A stretch of DNA of 64,000 nt. Source: an uncultured Chitinophaga sp. (GTDB taxonomy: Bacteria > Bacteroidota > Bacteroidia > Chitinophagales > LD1). The position numbers were made by a program, and so were the translations under genes. This document shows positions 28,188 through 36,842 of this stretch, in pieces; positions within the stretch are counted from its first letter, which is position 1, and the number at the start of each line of letters is the position of its first letter. Location of the stretch: the NCBI GenBank assembly GCA_964615305.1, contig CAZTNA010000002.1, positions 18,835-82,834 on the forward strand, written 5' to 3'. The notes under the pieces are model-generated. The model saw only the letters and a list, made by a program, of their open reading frames with translations. It was not told the origin of the DNA and made no database searches.

Positions 28188-29603
28188 ATGGAAGAAAATG
28201 AATTTAATGAGCCTTCATTTGGCGAAATGGTAGATTTGGTAAAGCGATACGAAGAAGCAGTAAAATACAAGCAACCTCTGTTCTTTGACGAAGATAACTA
28301 CGAACAGATTATTCTGTTTTATCAAGATAATCGTGAGTTTAATAAGGCTTTACGAGTTATAGAAAGCGCACTCGAACAACATTCTTTTTGTTCTTTTTTC
28401 TACACTAAAAAGGCAGAAATACTTGCCAACCAAAAGCAATTTGAAGAAGCTTTGCTTGTGTTAGATGAAGCGCAAAAGTTAGATCCCAATGAAATCAATA
28501 TTTTTCTGATAAGAGCAGATGTTTATTTATGGCAAGGTTACCATCAACTGGCTATGGCAGAAGTAGAGTATGCACTTACAATTGCTTCAGAACCGACCGA
28601 CAAAAGCGAACTCTACCTTGAAATGGCCGATATTTGGGAAGATCAGGAAAAATATACCGAGGTAAGTGAAACACTCAAAAAAGCATTGTACCACGATCCG
28701 CTGAATGAGGAAGGACTGAACAGGTTTTGGTTTTGCACTGAAATAACAGAACAATTCGAAGAGAGCATTCTGTTTCACAAAGAACTAATTGATATTAGCC
28801 CATATTCTTATCTAGCTTGGTTTAACCTTGGTCATGCCTATGCCGGGTTGGGTAAGTTTTCTGAAGCTCTGGAATCGTTTGAATATGTAATGGCAATTGA
28901 CGAAAATTTTGACCCGGCCTACGTTAGCTGTGGCGATGTAAAATTTTCGCAACTTCTTTATGATGAAGCACTAAACTATTACTTGGATGCTATTAAACTT
29001 TCTAAACCTAATAAAGAGTTATACTTAAAAACAGCAGAGGCTTATGAGTATATAGGCGATCTTGCAAAATCGCGCACATACTTAAGAAAAGCCATTGCTG
29101 TTGACCCTTATTATGACGAAGCTTTCTACCGCATTGGTGAAACATATCGAATTGAAGAAAAGTGGGTAAAAGCCATTTCTTCATTTGAGAGAGCCGTCAA
29201 ACTCAATAAGGAAAGTATTGAATATCTGGCAGCATTGGCCGATGCTTATCTAAGCGTAGATGAAGGCGAAAAAGCTCTCGACATGTTTGAGCGTATTTTT
29301 CAGATAGACCCTCAAAGCAAACAGAATTGGATAAACTTAGCAACCGCATATTTTAACGTAGAAAATTATCGAAAAGCTTTTCAGGTTTTACAAGAAGCTG
29401 AGCAGAAGTATGAAAACTGCGCAGACATTTTTTATATAAAATCAGTCTTTTATTTCCACGTTGGCAACCGTCATGAAGCGCTTTTAAATTTAGAGCGAGG
29501 GTTACTGATAAATTTTAATGAGCACACCATGATTTTTGAGATGGATGATTCGCTTTTAGATAACCATGCAGTAATGCAGGTAATAGAACAATATAGACAG
29601 TAA
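28188..29603 (+). CDS. tetratricopeptide (TPR) repeat protein
   Basis: 471 aa with a repeated 34-aa TPR-like pattern (W/Y-x-x-L-G-x-x-Y ... A-x-x-x-F-x-x-A) throughout. Confidence 0.7.
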   Translation: MEENEFNEPSFGEMVDLVKRYEEAVKYKQPLFFDEDNYEQIILFYQDNREFNKALRVIESALEQHSFCSFFYTKKAEILANQKQFEEALLVLDEAQKLDPNEINIFLIRADVYLWQGYHQLAMAEVEYALTIASEPTDKSELYLEMADIWEDQEKYTEVSETLKKALYHDPLNEEGLNRFWFCTEITEQFEESILFHKELIDISPYSYLAWFNLGHAYAGLGKFSEALESFEYVMAIDENFDPAYVSCGDVKFSQLLYDEALNYYLDAIKLSKPNKELYLKTAEAYEYIGDLAKSRTYLRKAIAVDPYYDEAFYRIGETYRIEEKWVKAISSFERAVKLNKESIEYLAALADAYLSVDEGEKALDMFERIFQIDPQSKQNWINLATAYFNVENYRKAFQVLQEAEQKYENCADIFYIKSVFYFHVGNRHEALLNLERGLLINFNEHTMIFEMDDSLLDNHAVMQVIEQYRQ

Positions 29604-29622
29604 AATTGTTCCGCATAAGCCG

Positions 29623-29877
29623 TCAAAACCGAAGATATACAAACAGTCTTCCGTGATTCTTGCTGTCGTTTACTATTCGGTGATACTTGTCCTTTATATG
29701 TGGTTGCTGTAAAAAGCGTTCAACTTTTTTCTTTAGTTGTCCGCTGCCTTTCCCGGGGATTATCTCCACTTCGCGGATATTACAATCAATTGCTTCCTGA
29801 AAAATTTCATTTAATGCTTTGTCAATAGCATTGCTGTTGTTGTAAATGTCGTGTAAATCGAGTTTTAGCTTTGCCAT
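29623..29877 (-). CDS. stand-alone Smr-domain protein
   Basis: 84 aa. 'LKLDLHD' and 'EVEIIPGKGSGQLKKKVERFL' match the Smr (LDLHG / IIHGKG) pattern. Confidence 0.65.
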   Translation of the reverse strand: MAKLKLDLHDIYNNSNAIDKALNEIFQEAIDCNIREVEIIPGKGSGQLKKKVERFLQQPHIKDKYHRIVNDSKNHGRLFVYLRF

Positions 29878-29888
29878 ACTATGTAGTG

Positions 29889-30233
29889 CTAGTTATACTG
29901 CGACAACATTTTTTGAATTTCTTCAAGTTTCTCCAAACTCATTTTCGAAAGCATTTTACCTATCTCAATCTTTTTTTCACGCTTTCTAATTGTTTGCAGT
30001 GGATGACTGGGGTGATCATCTAGCAAATCGTCAGGGAACCATTCCATAATATCGTTAGGTGTACAATGAAGTAGAATACATAACTTCTCTATGTGGTCAA
30101 GTCGTATCTGTTCTACCTTTCCATTCTTGTATTTATGCGCTGTAAAAGGTACAAAGCCATTTTGGACTAAAAACTTATACGGTTGGTCAATACCACGAGC
30201 TTTAAAAATGCGGCTTAAATTTAGTTGTAGCAT
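29889..30233 (-). CDS. XRE-family helix-turn-helix transcriptional regulator
   Basis: 'LNLSRIFKARGI...IRLDHIEKLCILLHCTPNDIMEW' is present. The start at 30233 is preferred because the longer track ORF would run through the palindromic operator at 30267-30280. Confidence 0.65.
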   Translation of the reverse strand: MLQLNLSRIFKARGIDQPYKFLVQNGFVPFTAHKYKNGKVEQIRLDHIEKLCILLHCTPNDIMEWFPDDLLDDHPSHPLQTIRKREKKIEIGKMLSKMSLEKLEEIQKMLSQYN

Positions 30234-30266
30234 AACGTGTAAATTAAAATATGGTTGCAAAAAACT

Positions 30267-30280
30267 CAAACTATAGTTTG
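30267..30280. promoter_or_regulatory. perfect 14-bp palindrome CAAACTATAGTTTG, candidate operator of the XRE regulator
   Basis: A self-complementary 14-mer 34 nt upstream of the HTH gene ATG (minus strand). Confidence 0.4.
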
Positions 30281-30392
30281 ATAACACAATGATTATTTCA
30301 ACACTTGTGAATATTTATTACAAATAGAACAAACAAAAATGCAAAAAACTCAAAGTGAAATAAGAAATCATCAAATCAATGTATAGTAATTA

Positions 30393-30406
30393 CAAACTAC
30401 GGTTTG
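30393..30406. promoter_or_regulatory. second CAAAC-N4-GTTTG inverted repeat (CAAACTACGGTTTG)
   Basis: It has the same arms as the 30267 palindrome. A half-site copy, CTACGGTTTG, recurs at 30429-30438. Confidence 0.35.
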
Positions 30407-30481
30407 ACTTTTTGATAGTTGAAATTGGCTACGGTTTGTATTTACCTCAAATTGCCAGCCGATAAATTTGCACTCAATAAT

Positions 30482-30489
30482 TAGTTTTG
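30482..30489 (+). promoter_or_regulatory. candidate -7 box (TAGTTTTG) for kdsB
   Basis: An exact TAnnTTTG match 18 nt upstream of the ATG at 30508. A second match, TAAATTTG, lies at 30463-30470. Confidence 0.3.
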
Positions 30490-30507
30490 TAAAATCATTT
30501 GCCTCTC

Positions 30508-31218
30508 ATGAATATTACCGGCATCATTCCTTCGAGGTATTCATCATCGCGTTTCCCGGGTAAGCCATTAGTTGATATTAAAGGCAAGACAATGATTCGT
30601 AGAGTTTACGAACAGGCGTTGCAGGCCAAAATGCTGAATTATGTTGTGGTAGCTACTGATGATGAACGTATTTTTGACGAAGTGAAAAATTTTGGAGGAA
30701 ATGTGATTTTTACTTCACCTAACCATGTAAATGGAACTGAACGTTGCGCAGAAGCCGCCAGTAAACTGAATGCACCAACAGATGTTGTAATAAACATACA
30801 GGGCGATGAACCGTTTATCAAGCCGGAACAAATTGATTTGCTGGCTTCATGTTTTGTGGTAGATCAGGTGCAAATAGCTACACTTGTGCGCAATTTCAAG
30901 AGCGAGGAAGAAAAGTTAAACCATTCCAGGGTTAAAGCATTTGTTGATGCTGATATGAGAGCTATTACCTTTTCACGACATCCCCTGCCTACGCGTGTAA
31001 AAAGCTCCAACTATCAATTGCTTAAGCACATAGGGGTCTATGCTTTTAGAACAGAGGTTTTAAAGAAGATTGTAAACTTACCGGTTTCGGTCTTGGAAGG
31101 CGAGGAAAGCTTAGAACAGTTACGCTGGATCGAGAATTGGTATTCTATTTATTGTGCATATACCGAACACGAAAGTATTTCTATAGATACCCCTGAAGAC
31201 CTGAAAGGGTTGCTATAG
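30508..31218 (+). CDS. kdsB: 3-deoxy-manno-octulosonate cytidylyltransferase
   Basis: 'IIPSRYSSSRFPGKPL', 'NIQGDEPFI' and 'LEQLRWIENW' are present. Confidence 0.85.
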   Translation: MNITGIIPSRYSSSRFPGKPLVDIKGKTMIRRVYEQALQAKMLNYVVVATDDERIFDEVKNFGGNVIFTSPNHVNGTERCAEAASKLNAPTDVVINIQGDEPFIKPEQIDLLASCFVVDQVQIATLVRNFKSEEEKLNHSRVKAFVDADMRAITFSRHPLPTRVKSSNYQLLKHIGVYAFRTEVLKKIVNLPVSVLEGEESLEQLRWIENWYSIYCAYTEHESISIDTPEDLKGLL

Positions 31219-31239
31219 CTGCTAAACCAATACAACATT

Positions 31240-31267
31240 AGCCGAAGTATAGTAACTCGGCTTTTTC
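31240..31267 (+). terminator. candidate Rho-independent terminator after kdsB
   Basis: An AGCCGA / TCGGCT 6-bp stem with an 11-nt loop, followed by TTTTCTG. Confidence 0.45.
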
Positions 31268-31347
31268 TGTTAACAATCAAATCATTTACATACCACAAAT
31301 TACTACTTATGCCCGTAGATACGATTCAAAATTCGTGTTGCTAAGGC

Positions 31348-32637
31348 ATGTATATTCATCTTCCTGAGGTTAAAGTTCCCCGCGTAGTTATTGTAGGTTG
31401 TGGTTTTGGTGGCTTACAAGTAGCTAAGTCGCTTCGAAACGCACCGGTGCAAGTAGTAATGCTCGATAAAAACAACTACCACACATTTCAGCCTTTGCTA
31501 TATCAGGTAGCTACTGCAGGGTTAGAGGCAGACTCAATTGCATACCCAATACGTAAGATATTTAAAGGGCAAAACAATTTCCATTTCAGATTAGGTGAGG
31601 TGACAAGTATTTCGGAAGGAGCAAACGAAATTGAAACTACAATAGGTAAATTGAAATACGACTTTTTAGTAATTGCTACAGGGAGCACTACTAACTACTT
31701 TGGAAACACAGATTTTGCACAACACTGTATGCCAATGAAAAGCGTTACAGAAGCGTTAAACCTCAGGAGTCTTGTTTTGCAAAATTTTGAAGAGGCACTG
31801 CTTGCAAAAGATATAAAAGAACAAGAAGCTCTAATGACCTTTGTTATTGTTGGTGGTGGTCCAACCGGAGTAGAGTTAGCTGGAGCCCTTTGTGAACTAA
31901 AAAAACATGTGTTGCCAAACGATTATCCGGAGTTAGATTTTAGGAAAATGCGAGTTGTATTAATGGAAAGTGGCAACGAGTTACTGCAAATGATGAATGT
32001 AGAAAATCAGATAAAGGCAAAAATGTATTTATCAGAGTTAGGAACAGAAGTATGGCTAAATACAGGGATGGCAAAGTATGACGGCATGATAGTTGAAACC
32101 CGTAATGGAAAGCAACTGCACTCGCGCAATGTGGTGTGGGCGGCAGGTATCAAAGGAACTTCAATTACGGGAATAAAAACCGAATGCATGAACAACCGGA
32201 ACCGGATAGTTACAGATGAATACTGTCGCATTACAGGATACGAGAATATTTATGCCATTGGTGATGTTGCTTGCATGCAGCAGGAGCAATTTCCTAACGG
32301 GCATCCACAAGTAGCACCTGTGGCAGTACAACAAGGTGAATTGGTGGCTGAAAATTTTATTCGCTTTTTAAATAAGGAGCCACTCTTACCATTTTCATAT
32401 TTCGATAAAGGAACAATGGCTACTGTAGGCAGAAATCGAGCAGTGGTAGAATTAGGCAAAATCCGTTTTGGCGGAGTATTCGGTTGGATGGCTTGGATGG
32501 CTCTTCATCTGATGTTACTAGTTGGGTTCAGAAACAAGGTAGTTGTGTTTATCAACTGGCTTTGGAATTACATCAATTACGATAGAAATATCCGGTTGAT
32601 AATTCGCCCGTTTTACAAAAAAGAAAACAACAAATAA
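31348..32637 (+). CDS. ndh: type II NADH:quinone oxidoreductase (NDH-2)
   Basis: Two dinucleotide folds are present ('VVIVGCGFGGL', 'FVIVGGGPTGVELAG'), along with 'IYAIGDVA'. Confidence 0.85.
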   Translation: MYIHLPEVKVPRVVIVGCGFGGLQVAKSLRNAPVQVVMLDKNNYHTFQPLLYQVATAGLEADSIAYPIRKIFKGQNNFHFRLGEVTSISEGANEIETTIGKLKYDFLVIATGSTTNYFGNTDFAQHCMPMKSVTEALNLRSLVLQNFEEALLAKDIKEQEALMTFVIVGGGPTGVELAGALCELKKHVLPNDYPELDFRKMRVVLMESGNELLQMMNVENQIKAKMYLSELGTEVWLNTGMAKYDGMIVETRNGKQLHSRNVVWAAGIKGTSITGIKTECMNNRNRIVTDEYCRITGYENIYAIGDVACMQQEQFPNGHPQVAPVAVQQGELVAENFIRFLNKEPLLPFSYFDKGTMATVGRNRAVVELGKIRFGGVFGWMAWMALHLMLLVGFRNKVVVFINWLWNYINYDRNIRLIIRPFYKKENNK

Positions 32638-32720
32638 TCTTCACAACAAAGAGATTGAAAGGCATGAAGTATTCTTTTAGTTTCATTGTATCATTTATTA
32701 CTTGATTAGCTTATACAACT

Positions 32721-33389
32721 ATGCAATACTTTACTTCTGCTTTTTTTGAATTTTTTGACGAGTTGAGTAAAAACAACAACAAAGAGTGGTTTGATAACAA
32801 CCGCGACCGCTACGAAAACAACGTTAAAGAGCCTTTTAAGCAGCTGGTTAGCGACTTAAATGAAAAACTATTGAAAAAATTACCAGAACTAAACAGAGAA
32901 ATACACAGGAATATTTTTCGAATTAACCGCGACATCAGGTTTTCCAAAGACAAATCGCCATACAAGAGTAACGTAGCAGCTGTGTTTAGTCGTAAAGGTA
33001 CCCAGGATACAGATTACCCGGGATTTTACCTGCACATAGGTGCAAAAGAGATATTAGTAGGTGGAGGCAGGTATGAAATAAGCAAAGAGCAGCTCGCTAA
33101 AATCAGACAAGAAATTTACTATAACAACGATTCCTTCAGTAAAATACTCAACGAAAAACAATTTAAACAGAAGTATAAATCATTGGCAGGCGATAAAAAC
33201 AAAGTGTTGCCCGCAGAGTATAAAGAGTTTGTAAACGAGCAGCCGTTGATTGCTAATAAGCAGTTTTGGTATTACGCAAATTTAACGAGAAGTGACGTAA
33301 CAGGTAAAAAATTTGACACTCTGGTGTATTCTTATTTTGCGGCCGGAATGAAAATGAACAAATTTTTGAGTGAAGCTGTTGTTAGCTAA
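32721..33389 (+). CDS. DUF2461 (TIGR02453) family protein
   Basis: 'FFEFFDELSKNNNKEWFDNNRDRYE' and 'IFRINRDIRFSKDKSPYK' are present. Confidence 0.7.
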   Translation: MQYFTSAFFEFFDELSKNNNKEWFDNNRDRYENNVKEPFKQLVSDLNEKLLKKLPELNREIHRNIFRINRDIRFSKDKSPYKSNVAAVFSRKGTQDTDYPGFYLHIGAKEILVGGGRYEISKEQLAKIRQEIYYNNDSFSKILNEKQFKQKYKSLAGDKNKVLPAEYKEFVNEQPLIANKQFWYYANLTRSDVTGKKFDTLVYSYFAAGMKMNKFLSEAVVS

Positions 33390-33401
33390 ACTGAAACTAT
33401 T

Positions 33402-34079
33402 ATGAAATTACTCCTTTGTGTTTCATCACTGACCTCAGTGGCCGAAGTGCTTAATCATTATTCTTATAAACCACAACAACACAACAACTTACCGTACTTG
33501 TCGTCAGGTAAAATTTTACATCATGATGCAAATATACTTGAAACCGGTGCCGGTGTGTTTCAAACCACATACAAGCTAGCCAAAGTACTTTCGGCTCAGA
33601 AATATCATCTGGCGTTAAAAATATCTTTTGCCAACGCTTACAAGAACGAAATTGCGCCCGGTAGTGTTTTGAATATTATCAACGAGAAGCCGGGTGATTA
33701 TGGAACTAAGTTGACGGGTGTTTGGGCAGATTACTACGATACAAGCTTTATTACAAGAGAGCAGACCCCTCATGTGCGAGGCGGTTTTATTAATATGACA
33801 AATGCTTATATGAACGTTTTTTCGCCTTACAAAAAGTCAGTAGGGGTTACGGTTAATCATTATGCCGATAAAAGTTCACTAGCCATGCGTTTAGAAAAAT
33901 ATAAAGCCGATTGCGAAACTATTGATGGTGTGGGCTTTGTTTATACTTGTTTATTCGAGAAACAAAGTTTTTACCATTTGGCTTTTGTAGAACGTAATCT
34001 TGCTACGGATGACGAAAATTTCCATCTTGCCCAAGCTAAGCTAAATGAAAATTTGACTGAAGTTCTACAAAAATTATAA
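33402..34079 (+). CDS. nucleoside phosphorylase-fold protein, futalosine hydrolase (MqnB)-like
   Basis: 'ILETGAGVFQTTYKLAKVL' and 'CETIDGVGFVYTC' resemble the MqnB/MTA-nucleosidase G-x-G and E-x-M-E-G regions. The match is divergent. Confidence 0.4.
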   Translation: MKLLLCVSSLTSVAEVLNHYSYKPQQHNNLPYLSSGKILHHDANILETGAGVFQTTYKLAKVLSAQKYHLALKISFANAYKNEIAPGSVLNIINEKPGDYGTKLTGVWADYYDTSFITREQTPHVRGGFINMTNAYMNVFSPYKKSVGVTVNHYADKSSLAMRLEKYKADCETIDGVGFVYTCLFEKQSFYHLAFVERNLATDDENFHLAQAKLNENLTEVLQKL

Positions 34080-34087
34080 TTACAGAA

Positions 34088-34621
34088 ATGAATAATACTG
34101 AGTTACTAGAAAAGTATCGAACCAATAGAAAAATTACTGATGTAAAGTTTTTCAAGCAGTTGCGTAACCCCATTTTATTTAACTTATATACAGGATTACA
34201 ATTGCCCATGGCATTTATGGCCGGCTGTAAAGTAAAGCATGTTGATTTAGAAAAGTGCGAAATTACAGTCCCATACCGTTGGATGAATCAAAATCCGTTT
34301 AGCTCAACATATTTTGCAGTCCTTGCCATGGCGGCTGAAATGAGCACTGGTTTGCTGGCATTAATCTTTACTCGAAATTCAATCCCATCTGTGTCTATGT
34401 TGGTTACACATTTAGAAGCAGATTTTGTAAAGAAAGCTACAGGAATAACTACGTTTGTTTGTACCGGAGGTAAAGAAATGAACGAAGCTGTTGAGCGTGC
34501 AATACTTACAGGCGAGGGGCAAACATTTTCAGCCACTACAGTGGGGTATTCAGCAAACGGTGAAATTGAAGCTACTTTTAAAATTGAATGGAGTTTTAGA
34601 ATGCGATTACCCAAGAAGTAA
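34088..34621 (+). CDS. hotdog-fold thioesterase-like protein (DUF4442-like)
   Basis: 177 aa. The size and the 'YFAVLAMAAEMSTG' pattern are reminiscent of the DUF4442/PaaI-like fold. This is a weak call. Confidence 0.4.
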   Translation: MNNTELLEKYRTNRKITDVKFFKQLRNPILFNLYTGLQLPMAFMAGCKVKHVDLEKCEITVPYRWMNQNPFSSTYFAVLAMAAEMSTGLLALIFTRNSIPSVSMLVTHLEADFVKKATGITTFVCTGGKEMNEAVERAILTGEGQTFSATTVGYSANGEIEATFKIEWSFRMRLPKK

Positions 34622-34644
34622 CTGAAAAACTGCAAATATCTCTG

Positions 34645-35457
34645 ATGAAGAAGTTAGTAATGGGTTTAATTGTGTTGGTTGCATTAGAGGCTAACGCACA
34701 GGTGTTTCCTTTTAGCGAAGGGTTTACCGGTATTCCGAATAATTCATTACCAACGGGTTGGTCAGGCGATATGAAAGTACTGGCTTACCATGGTATAAAT
34801 GATGATAAAGCGTTGACCAGTGATATGAGCAGTGTTGACATAACAGATACTGCCCAAACGCCCTGGATTGGCCCATTGCCAAGTAACACTGAGATTTTCT
34901 TTTTTTATCGAATAGTGGATGAGTTTATTTACCCAAGTACAGAAAAGCATTACACAGGTAGCGATTATTTTAAAGTTCAGCTTACTACTGACGAGCAGAA
35001 TTATTCCGACTTGTTTACAGTTGATTCATCAAACCAGTTTGCTACACTTAATTTTAGAAAGCAGAGTTTGTACTTAACATCTTATGGGGGGCAAAACATT
35101 AAAATTCGTTTTCTTACTCAATACAATGCCGGAAGCAGTTACTTTGTAGATATTGATTCTGTTCGTGTTCGTGTGGGCACTAACCCCACAGGGATTGACG
35201 AGCCGCTCGAAGATTTGTTTACAATATTTCCCAATCCGGTTTATGGCAGTTGTACTGTACATAGTAAAGATCTTAATGTTGATTCGCCAGTGAAATTTGT
35301 ATTACTATCCCAAGATGGTAAAGTGCTAAATCAAGGGTTACTGCCAACTGAAAATTTTGTTCTGGAAACTGAAAATTTTACACCGGGAGTATATTTTTTG
35401 CAATTATACAACAGTGATACTACTCTCACCCGCAAACTTATTTTTGCCCGGCAATGA
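34645..35457 (+). CDS. secreted protein with a T9SS C-terminal sorting domain (choice-of-anchor-J-like N-terminus)
   Basis: A signal peptide is followed by 'FSEGFTGIPNNSLPTGWSGD'. The C-terminal domain reads 'FTIFPNPVYGSCTVHS...GVYFLQLYN'. Confidence 0.7.
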   Translation: MKKLVMGLIVLVALEANAQVFPFSEGFTGIPNNSLPTGWSGDMKVLAYHGINDDKALTSDMSSVDITDTAQTPWIGPLPSNTEIFFFYRIVDEFIYPSTEKHYTGSDYFKVQLTTDEQNYSDLFTVDSSNQFATLNFRKQSLYLTSYGGQNIKIRFLTQYNAGSSYFVDIDSVRVRVGTNPTGIDEPLEDLFTIFPNPVYGSCTVHSKDLNVDSPVKFVLLSQDGKVLNQGLLPTENFVLETENFTPGVYFLQLYNSDTTLTRKLIFARQ

Positions 35458-36452
35458 AACAGGTTGTAATAACAGGGGCGGCAGGATTTATTGGCGGCTG
35501 TCTGGCAAGAAAGTTAAACAAACAGGGCCAAACTAACCTTGTATTGGTTGACGATTTTACTTCATCTGCCAAGATTCAAAAAGTAGCAGCTATCAACTAC
35601 TCAAAAACAATAGATCGTTCCGGATTTTCGGAATGGCTGAGTGAAAATTCAGGTAATGTAGAATTTGTTTTTCATCTTGGAGCACGTACCGATACAACGG
35701 AGTTTAATTTTCGAGTTCTTGACTCACTCAACCTCAGTTATTCAAAGTTGGTTTGGGAGATTTGTGCAGTGAAACAAATTCCGTTGCTGTATGCTTCTTC
35801 GGCTGCCACGTACGGCTTAGGAGAATCGGGTTTTAGTGACAATCATTCATTGATAAAAGAACTAAAACCACTTAACCCTTACGGTTTATCTAAACAATTG
35901 TTTGATATGTATGTGTTAGATCAACATATCACTCCTCCGTTTTGGTGTGGGCTTAAATTCTTTAACGTTTATGGTGCAGGAGAGGAGCACAAAGGAAGAA
36001 TGGCGTCAGTTGTATGGCATGCATATAAACAGATAAAGAGTACCGGTAAGGTGAAGTTGTTTGCCAGCCACCATCATGACTTTAAAGACGGAGAACAACT
36101 CCGCGATTTCATTGCTGTTGATGATGTAGCTGAAGTTTGTATATGGTTTTACAAAAATTATGCATCACAAAAAGCAAGTGAAGTATTGAAACCAATCAAT
36201 GGAATTTACAACTTAGGCACTGGCAAAGCCCGCACATTTAATGATTTGGTCCATGCTATTTTTAACTCACTTCTGCTTTCCCCTGAAATTGAATATATCC
36301 CTACACCGTCAGACATTCGAGATAAATATCAATACTATACTCAGGCTGAAATGACCAAACTACGAAATGCAGGTTACACTAACGATTTTATTGAAATGGA
36401 GCAGGGTGTGGATACCTACGTTCAAAATTTAGGTTTCGGTAACCCATTGTAA
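35454..36452 (+). CDS. hldD: ADP-L-glycero-D-manno-heptose 6-epimerase
   Basis: 'VITGAAGFIGGCL', 'YASSAATYG' and 'KFFNVYGAGEEHKGRMASVVWH' are present. The start overlaps the upstream stop (ATGA). Confidence 0.8.
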   Translation: MKQVVITGAAGFIGGCLARKLNKQGQTNLVLVDDFTSSAKIQKVAAINYSKTIDRSGFSEWLSENSGNVEFVFHLGARTDTTEFNFRVLDSLNLSYSKLVWEICAVKQIPLLYASSAATYGLGESGFSDNHSLIKELKPLNPYGLSKQLFDMYVLDQHITPPFWCGLKFFNVYGAGEEHKGRMASVVWHAYKQIKSTGKVKLFASHHHDFKDGEQLRDFIAVDDVAEVCIWFYKNYASQKASEVLKPINGIYNLGTGKARTFNDLVHAIFNSLLLSPEIEYIPTPSDIRDKYQYYTQAEMTKLRNAGYTNDFIEMEQGVDTYVQNLGFGNPL

Positions 36453-36838
36453 TCAGCTTTTTTCAGTTTGTAAGACCCTTGTTGCCATGCTAACCAAACA
36501 GCATCGTTGGTTACATCAATTATTATTTCAGCCGAAATCATGTGGTGTAATGTGTCTTCATAGTATGCAGCATAAACGCAGTTATTTTCTGTGTTTACCT
36601 TCAGCGGAGTTTCAAATTTTGTTGATGCAACGAAACTTTCGAAATCATTCTTTAGCAAATTGGCTATTCGCCTTTCAACTACATGATTGGTTAGGAAGCC
36701 AACTTCCGAAGGCAAACGGTTGTTGTATTGCAACAAAAAAGCGAGCTCGCCTTTGGGTAAACTCGCTTTTTCTTTAACGGCATTTTGATGGCAGCTTGTG
36801 GCAATAAGAAAAACAACAATTGCCCAAGGCTTACTCAT
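36422..36838 (-). CDS. small lipoprotein, unknown function
   Basis: The start at 36838 gives 'MSKPWAIVVFLIATSC' with a lipobox. The track ORF start at 36910 would overlap the upstream gene. Confidence 0.5.
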   Translation of the reverse strand: MSKPWAIVVFLIATSCHQNAVKEKASLPKGELAFLLQYNNRLPSEVGFLTNHVVERRIANLLKNDFESFVASTKFETPLKVNTENNCVYAAYYEDTLHHMISAEIIIDVTNDAVWLAWQQGSYKLKKADYNGLPKPKF

Positions 36839-36842
36839 AGAG

